Below, piece after piece: positions 51,889 to 60,800 of a stretch of 64,000 nt of DNA. The DNA is from Longimicrobiales bacterium (lineage in GTDB: Bacteria; Gemmatimonadota; Gemmatimonadetes; Longimicrobiales; Gaopeijiaceae). Location of the stretch: contig CBDBCF010000001.1 in NCBI GenBank assembly GCA_965202985.1, positions 2,720,001-2,784,000 on the forward strand, written 5' to 3'. The first letter of the stretch is position 1. Every line of letters begins with the position of its first letter. A model generated the notes under the pieces. That model worked only from the letters and a program-made list of their open reading frames with translations. It ran no database searches and had not been told where the DNA came from. The translations under genes and the position numbers were made by a program.

Positions 51889-54800
51889 CTATTCGAAGAC
51901 GATCCTGCCCGAGAGGCCGATGCGGCGTTCCGGGGGCTGGACGCCGCTGGCGACGTGTTCGCCGAACAGGTCCATCATCAGTTGCAGGCCGGGTGACCGG
52001 GTCCCCGGGGACTCGGTAAGTTGCCCCGTGGTCTCGCCGCCCAGCAGCGACCACCGCGTCCCCACGTTCACCCGATGGCCCGTCGGTCCCTCGCGGCTCC
52101 AGCGGCCGAACGGCTTGACTTGATTGCCGCCGGGCAGCAGCACGCCGTAGCCGACTTCCATCGCCACGCGGTCGGGCGCCCAGCCCGGCGCACCCGTGGC
52201 CGCCAAGAGGCCGGAGCTTGCCGGGAGGCCCAGGCTCGCCTGCGAGCCGGCGGTCGGGCCGCCGTCAGCAGCCGACGCGCCCTGCGCCGACGGGTCGCCC
52301 GGGTTGTGAGCAAGCCCCGTGCCTGCCGGAACGTTCGCGCCGACCGGCCGCGCCGCACCGCCCGGCGCGCCGAAGCCGCCCGCGCCAGCGGTCCGCCACA
52401 CCTCGGCGCCCCCCTGCCACAGCGCCCGCGCGCCGCGCCCAGCGTCGCCCCATGTCGGCTCGACCGAGAACGACAGCCCGCCGCCCTCGCCGCCCCCGCC
52501 CGGCTGCAACCTCAGCGAGAACCCGGCGCCCCAGTCCTTGAAGTCGCGCTCCTGGTGCACCAGCAGCGCACGGCCCCGCGCCGTCATGCTGAACCCGCTG
52601 GCCTGGTGCGCCAACCCCACCTCGGCGCCCGCCTCCGCGCCCATCCCCGTCTCCGCGTCGCCCCCGTCGAAGCGACCGCCCACCTCGAGCCGCGTCCGCA
52701 TCGCCAGCCCGCCGCCCAGCTGCCACTGGCCGCCGATCTCCGGCGCCAGTCGCACGCGCTGCGCGTCCGCCGTCACGCCCGCCAGCCCCGCCACGTCGTC
52801 CGACAAGATGCGCACCGCGAAAGCGTCCGCCTTCAGCGCCAACCCGCCGGTCAGCTCCTGGCGCACGCCCAGCGCGCCCATGCGCATCTCCAAGTCGGTG
52901 TCGAAACGGCCGCCCGCCGATTCCTCGAGCGTCGCGTCGCCACGGCCTGCGCCCGCCAAGCCCCACACGCCGAAGCCGCCGCCGGACGACCAGTGCAGGT
53001 AGGGGTACAGGCTGGTCAGGCGAGCGTCGACCGAGCCCGCGCCGTTGACGTCGCTGTCGAAGCCCGCCTCCATGTCGCTGCGCGAGCCCGCAAGGCCCAT
53101 CAGCACGCCGGATGCGAACCGGTAGTCCAGCCCCAGGTAGGCGGAGCGCGTGCGGCCGTCCATGGCGAAGCCGTCTTGGGGACGACCCTCGAACTCGCCC
53201 AGGTTCGCCTGGCCCCACACCGTCCAGCCCAACCGGACAGCAGCCTGCGAAGAGACGGAGGCGCCGGCCGAGGATGCGTCCGCCGGGGCGTCCGAGCCGC
53301 CGAACGCCAGTTGGAACGAGCTTTGCGAGCGCAGGCCGCGGGCGTCGACGGGGTTGAACGTCAGGCCGCCCCGGTCGGCGCGCCCGGCTTCGGGTTGCTG
53401 ACGGCCCTGGTAGGCGCCGCCCATGCCGCCCATGCCGGTCATGCCGCCTGCGCCACCCGCTGTCGGTTGACCGAATGCACCGCCCCGGCCGTCGCCGAAG
53501 AACAGCGCGGCCAGGTCGACGGTCCCGCCGGCCGCGTCGGGCGAGCCGGGGTGCACGATCTGCAGCCCCAGCAGGCCCGTCGCGCCCCGCACCAGCGACT
53601 CGAGGCCGCAATGGCCCGAGCCGCCTGCATCGCCGTTGCCGCCGCCTGCGGCCTGGCCCGAACCGCCCGCGGCGGCATTGCCCTGGCCGTCGTCGGCTTG
53701 GCCGTGCACTGCGTTCGCAACGTCGCCTTCAATGTCGGTCCGGCCGTCCGCCGCGGCCGCAACGTCGGCGAAGCCGCCGGCGCCGAACACATCCGAGCCG
53801 CCCGTGCCGCACGCCAGCGAGCGCCCGCCGAGCTGCACGTGCGACCGGCCCAGCGCGCCCGACGACCCCAGCCCCAACCGCCCGCCGACCGCCTCCACCG
53901 TCTCCGTGCCCAGCGACCTGCCGAACGCCGCCAGCGTCAGCTCCAACGCACGCGCGCGCTCCGACCGCGACGCCTCCACCGTCACACGCACCTGCTGCCG
54001 AACCGACAGCCCGCCCGGATCGCTCGCTAGTACGGTCACCACGGCCTCGCCGATCGCATGCGGCACAATCGACAACCGCCCCGCGCCCGTCACCGTCGCA
54101 GCAGCCACGGCCGGCGACGACGACTCGACTGCGTATGCCAGCGCGTCGCCGTCCGGGTCCCGGAAGTACTGCGCCAACTCCTCTTCCACCGCGTCGCCGT
54201 ATGCCTCGAGCGTCTTCGGCGACATCGCGCCCACCGCCTCCGGGCCCTCGTTCACGTCCAGCAGCGTCACCACGACGCCCGCCTCGGCCGTCAGTCCGCC
54301 CGCGTCCGTCGCCCGCACCGTCAGCGCGAACGACGGCGGACCTTGCTCGTAGTCCTCGCCGCTCCCCACGTACTGCAACGCGCCCGTCCGAGCGTCCACC
54401 TCGAACCGCTCGGCGTCACCTTCGGCCAAGCTGTACGCCGGTGCGTCGCCACGGTCCGGGTCCGTCGCTTCGACCGCGCCCAGCATCAGCGGCCCGGCAG
54501 CGTTCTCCGCCAGCTCGAACGCGTACGCGCTGTCCGCGAACGCCGGCGCCTCGTTCACGTCCAGCAGCGCGACCGTCGCAACCGCGCGCGCCGCCAACCC
54601 CTCGCCGTCGGTCGCCACGACCTCGAACTCCCAGCGCTCGGGGCCCGCCTCGTAGTCCTCGCCTTCGCCCGCGTACCGCACCTCGCCCGTCTCAGCGTCC
54701 ACCTCGAAGAGCGCCGCGCCTTCGCCCGACAGGCTGTACACGAGCGTGTCCGCTCGGTCCGGGTCCGCCGCCTCGACCGACCCCAGAACCAACGGGCCCG

Positions 54801-57800
54801 CGACGTTCTCCTCAAACTCCCACTCGTAGACCTCCGCAGCGAACACCGGCGCCTCGTTGCGGTCCAGCAGCGCCACCACCACCCGCGCAGACGCCGCGAC
54901 GCCGCCCCGGTCCGTCGCCCGGACCTCGAGCGCCCAGCTCTCCGGCCCCGTCTCCGCGTCCTCGCCTTCGCCCACATACCGCAGCTCGCCCGTAACGGCG
55001 TCCACCTCGAACCGCTCGGCGTCGCCTTCGGCCAAGCTGTACGCCGGCGGATCGTCCCGGTCCGGGTCCGTCGCCCGAACCGCGCCCAGCACCAACGGAC
55101 CCGCGGCGTTCTCCGCCAGCTCGAATGCATATGCGGAGTCCGCGAACGCGGGTGCCTCGTTCACGTCCGCAACCACCACCGTCGCCGTCGTCCGCGCCGT
55201 ACGGCCCAGCAAGTCCGTCGCCGTCGCCTCCAACACCCACGGCCCCGCGCCGCCCTCGTAGTCCTCGCCGCCGCCAACGTACCTCAACTCGCCCGTGCCA
55301 GCGTCCAGCTCGAACCGCTGGGCGTCGCCCGCTACGAGCGCGTAAGTCAGCGTGTCGCCCTCGTCCAAGTCCGCAGCCTCCAACACGCCCAGCACCAGCG
55401 GTCCCGCAACGTCCTCCGCCAGCTCGAACACCCAACGCTCCTCGACGAACGACGGCGCCTCGTCGTTCTCGTTCATCACCTTCACCGTCACCTTCGCCAC
55501 CGTCTCGAGCTGCTCGTCCTCGCCCACGCCGTCCGTCACCGCCACCACCAGCATCACGTACTCCGAACGCTGCTCCGCGTCCTCGCCTCCGCCAACGTAA
55601 GTCACCACGCCGCTCGACACGTCCACCTCGAACAGCCCCTCGCCTCCGCTCTCCAACCCGTAGCGCATCTCGGCGCCCAGAGGACTCGTCGCGACCACCT
55701 CGCCCACCGGCAGCGGGCCCGCAACGTTCTCCGCCAACTCGAACTCATACTCCAACCGACCGAACACCGGGTCCAGGCTGCCCGCGCCGTTCACCGCGTG
55801 GTCCGTCAAGTCCGTCACCGCGTGCGCGCCCAGGTCCAGAACCGCCGCAGCCTGGCCGCCCGCGATCCGCAGCGCGCCCGCAGCCTCCGCCAGCGCGTCC
55901 GCCGGGATGCTGATCCCGTCCGGGTCCCGGTCCGCCGGAAGGACCACGTACTCGAATACCAACACCGTCGTGCCCGAACCCGACACGTAGCGCGCGTGCC
56001 GCGTCGTGCCGCCCACGTCGATCGCCAGCCGCGCCCCAGCCGTGTTCGCAGCCGTCATCAACGCCGCCAGCGCCGGCGACGACGACGCGCCCGCCACTTC
56101 GACCGGTCGGCTGAACGTCACCTCGACACGGATCACGCCGCCCGCGCCGTACAGTCCCGTCGCCACCGGCTCGCTCGTCACCGCCACACCGACCACCACC
56201 GGCGCGACCTCGACCGTCCCGTCCACCTTGTCGTTCGCAGCAGCCGCGATCGCATGAGCGCCCAGCCCCAGCGTCGCCGGACGAACGCCGTCCGCCGTGT
56301 TCACGATCGTACCGCCGTTCAGCGTCAGCGCAGCAGCCGCCACGCCCACGCCGTCCGCGTCCGCGTCCACGCCGCCCGTACCGCTGCCGCCGCTGCCCGC
56401 GCCACGAACCCGGTACGCGAACGACAGCGTCGCCGTGCCGCTGCCGTCCGCGTAGCTCGCCTGACGCGCAACCGTCCCCACCGTCAACGCCAGACGCGGC
56501 GCCCCCGTCACCGTCACCGCGCGGTCGAACGTCACCTCGACCTCGATCCGCTCGCCCAGGCCGTAGGTGTCCGCGCTGTCCGGCGTGCTCGACACCGCAA
56601 CGCCCGTCACCGACGCGCCCGCCAGCGTCCCGTCCACCTTGTGGCCCGCTGCGGCGCTCAACGCATGGCTGCCCAATCCCAACGCCGCCGCAGTCGATCC
56701 GTCGCGGGCGTCCGCGATCGTCCCGCTGTTCAGCGCCAGCGCGCTCGCGCCGACCTCGATCCCGTCGGTGTCCGCGTCCGCAGCCACCACCACGTAACGG
56801 AACGTCAGCGCTCGCGTGCCCGTCCCGCTCGCGTAGTCCGCCTGCCGCGTCTGCGCGCCCACCGTCAGCGCCACCCGAGGCGTACCCGTCACCGCCACCC
56901 GACGGTTGAACGTCACCTGCACCTCGATCCGCTCGTCCCGGCCGTACGTCGTCGCCACCGCAGGCGAACTCGTCAGCGACACGCCAGACACCGACGCCGC
57001 CGTGAACGTGCCGCCCGCAACCTTGTGGCCCGCGCTGTTCGATATCGCGTGGGCGCCCAGTCCCAGAACCGCGTCCACCGTGCCGCCCGCCACGTCGATC
57101 GTCCCGCCGTTCAGCGCCAATGCGCCCGCTGCGATGCTGATGCCGTCCACGTCCGCGTCCGCAGTCACCACCACGTAACGGAACACCAACGACGCCGTGC
57201 CCGTGCCGCTCGCGTAGCTCGCCTGCTTCGTCGTGCTGCCGATCCCCAACGCCAGCTGCGGCGTGCCCGTCACGTCCACCGCCTTGTTGAACACAACCGT
57301 CGCAACCACCGTGTCGCCACGCTCGAACACGTCGCCCACCACCGGCGACGCGATCGACACCGCGCTCACGCCCGGCGGGCCCTGGTTCCCGTCCACCCGG
57401 TGGGCGCCGCTGTTCGATATCGCATGGCCGCCCAACCCCAGGCTCGCAGCCTCGTTCGCGTCGCGAGCGTCCGCGATCGTCCCGCCGTTCAGCGACAACG
57501 CGCTCGCACCGATGCTCAACCCGTTCCCGTCCGCGTCCGCTGCAACCACCGTGTACGCGAACGACAGCACGCGGCCGCCCGTCGTCGTCACGTACGACGC
57601 CTGCCGCGTCTGCGAGCCGATCGTCAATGCCAACTCGGGCGACCCCGTCACCGCCACATTCCGGTTGAACGTCACATTGACGCCGATCTCCTCGCTCAAC
57701 CCGTACGTGCCGCCGCCCGCCGGACTGCTCGTGATCGACACCGCGCTCACCGACGCCGCCGTGAACGTGCCGCCAGCGACCCGGCGCCCGCTCGCGTTGC

Positions 57801-60800
57801 TGATCGCATGATGCGCCAAGCTCAACAACGCGTCCGTCGTGCCGCCCGCCACGTCGATCGTCCCACCGTTCAGCGTCAGCGCATTCGCGCGGATGCTCAA
57901 CCCGTCCGTGTCCGCGTCGCCCGAAATCACCACGTACCGGAACTCCAACGACGTCGTGCCCGTCGCCGCGCTCGCGTAGGCTCCCACCTGCTGTGCGCCG
58001 ATCAACAACGCAAGCTGCGGCGCGCCCGTCGCGTCCACCGCCTTGTTGAACGTCACCGTCGCCACAATCGTGTCGCCACGCTCGAACGTGTCGTCCACCG
58101 GCGGCGCCGCCACCGTCAACCCCACCACGCCCGGCGGCCCCAAGCTGCCGTTCACCTTGTGCGACGCAGCGTTCGACACCGCGTTCGCGCCCAAGCCCAG
58201 CTCAGCAGCAGCAGCGCCCGGTCGCACGTCGGCGATCGCGCCGCCGTTCAGCGTCAACGCGCTCGCGCCGATGCTGAGCCCGTCCGTGTCCGCGTCCGCA
58301 GGACGGATCGCGTACCCGAACACCAGCGTGTCCGCCTTGCTCGTCGCCGACTCCCAGCTCGCCTGACGCGTCTGCGTGCCGATCGTCAGCGCCAAGCGCG
58401 GCGAACCCGTCACCGCCACCGGTCGCCCGAACGCCACCTTCACCTCGATCGACTCGCCCAGCTGGTACGTCTGACCGCTCGCCGGAACGCTCGATATCGT
58501 CACCGCGCTCACAGCCGGCGTCGTGAACGTACTGCCGGACACCTGGTGGCCGCCGCTGTTCGTCACCACCACGCCCACGCCCAGCCCCAACGTCGCGTCC
58601 AGCGTCCCGCCAGCCAGACGGATCGTCCCGCCGCTCAACGTCAGCGCGCCCGACCCGATGCTCAATCCGTCCGCGTCCGCGTCGCCCGACGCCACCACGT
58701 ACCGGAACACCAGCGACGTCGTGCCCGTTCCGCTCGCGTAGCTCGCCTGCCGCGTCGCCGAACCGATCGTCAGTGCGAGCCGCGGCGTGCCCGTCACGTC
58801 CACCGCGCGGTTGAACTCCAGTTCGACCTCGATCGTCTCGCCGCGCTCGAACACGTCGCCCACCACAGGCGAACCGATCGTCAGCGACGTCACGCCCGGC
58901 GGTCCCAGGCTGCCGTCCACCTTGTGCGCAGCAGCGTTCGCAATCGCATGGCTGCCCAGCCCCAGGCTCGCCGCAGTCGAACCGTCGCGAGCGTCGGCAA
59001 TCGTACCGCCGTTCAGCGCCAAAGCGCTCGCTGCGATGCCGATCCCCGTCGAGTCCGCGTCCGCAGCAACCACCGTGTAGCGGAACGCCAGCGTCTTCGT
59101 GCCGCTCCCGCTCGCGTACGACGCCTGCCGCGTCAGCGTGTCGATCGTCAGCGCCAGCTGCGGCGTGCCCGTCACGTCCACCGGACGCGTGAACGTCACC
59201 TCGACCTCGATCATCTCCGTCCGTCCGTACGTGCTGTCGCTCGACGGTGCGCTCGCGATCGCCACGCCGCTCGGCGCCGACGCCGTGAACGTGCCGCCCG
59301 CCACCTTGTGGCCCGTGCTGTTCGTGATCGCGTGCACGCCCAAACCCAGCACCGCGTCCGTCGTGCCGCCCGACACACGGATCGTCCCGCCGTTCAGCGC
59401 CAGCGCGCCCGACCCGATGCTCAATCCGTCCGCGTCCACATCCGCCGTCACCACCTCGTACCGGAACATCAGCGTGTCCGTGCCCGTGCCCACAGCGTAG
59501 TCCGCCTGCTTCGTCGCGCTCCCGATCCCCAGCGCCAGCTGCGGCGTGCCCGTCACGTCCACCGACTTGTTGAACGCCACCGACACCTCGATCGTCTCGC
59601 CCCGCTCGAACGTGTCGCCCACAAGAGGGGAACCGACGACCAAGCCCGCCACGCCCGGCGGCCCCTGCGCGCCGTCCACCTTGTGCGCCGTCGCGTCCGC
59701 GATCGCGTTCGAACCCAGCGCCAGGCTCGCCGCCACCGTAGTGTCCCGGCCGTCGCCGATCGTCCCGCCGTTCAGAGCCAAAGCGCTCGCACCGATGCTG
59801 ATCCCCGTCGGGTCCGCGTCCGCAGCCGTCACCGTGTACCGGAACGCCAGCGTCTTCGTGCCGCTCCCACTTGCGTACGACGCCTGCACCGTGTCGCTCC
59901 CGATCTCAAGCGCCAACCACGGCGTCCCCGTCACCACCACGCCGCGGTTGAACGACACCCCGATCTCGATCCGTTCGCCCAGCTCGTACGTGTCCCCGCT
60001 CGACGGAGTGCTCGTGACCGCCACCCCGCTCACCGCCGTCGCCGTGAACGTCCCGCCCTGCACCTTGTGACCCCCGCTGTTCGTGATCGCGTTCGTCGTC
60101 GTCCCCCAGGGCGTTCCGCCAAGCACGGCCACGTTGGTGCCCGCATCCGTGATCGTCGAGGCCGGCGTTCCCGTCAGCTGCAACGCGTTGCCGCCGATGC
60201 TGATGCCGTCGCCGTCCACATCCGTCGCCTCCACCACGCGGTGGAACTCCAAAGTGTCCGTGCCCGTGCCCGAAGCGTACGTCGCCCCCGCGTAGTTGTT
60301 CGTCCCGATGTTCATCCACACCGTCGGCACGCCCGTCACGTCCACCGAACCGCTGTAGACGACGATCACCTTGATCGTGTCGCCACGCTCGAACGTGTCG
60401 CCCACCGGCGGCGGCCCCAGCGATACGCTCGTGATGCGCTCCGCGCCCGCCACTATGTGGTCCGGGCTGTTCGTGAGCGCGTTCTGGCCCAGATGAGGCC
60501 AGGGCGTGTCGTGGAACGCGCTCGTGGTGGTGCCCGCCTCTCTGATCGTCGAGCCCCCCGTCAACTGAATCGCGTTGCCGTAGAGGCTCAGGCCGTTGGG
60601 GTCGGAGTCCGCCGCCTGCACCACGTAGCGGAACTTCAGAGTGTCCGTGCCCGTGCCCGATGCGTACAGCGCCGGATTGTGCGTAGCCGACGCGAAGTTC
60701 AGCCACGCCGTCGGCACGCCCGTCACGTCCACCGAGTCCGAGTAGACCATCGTCACCACGATCGTGTCGCCCCGCTCGAACACGTTGCCCGTCGGCGGCC

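Noticed and set aside
54246..55170. Near-identical cadherin units considered as a DGR template/variable repeat pair
   Set aside because: Both copies are in-frame coding domains, the differences do not look adenine-specific, and there is no reverse transcriptase in the window.
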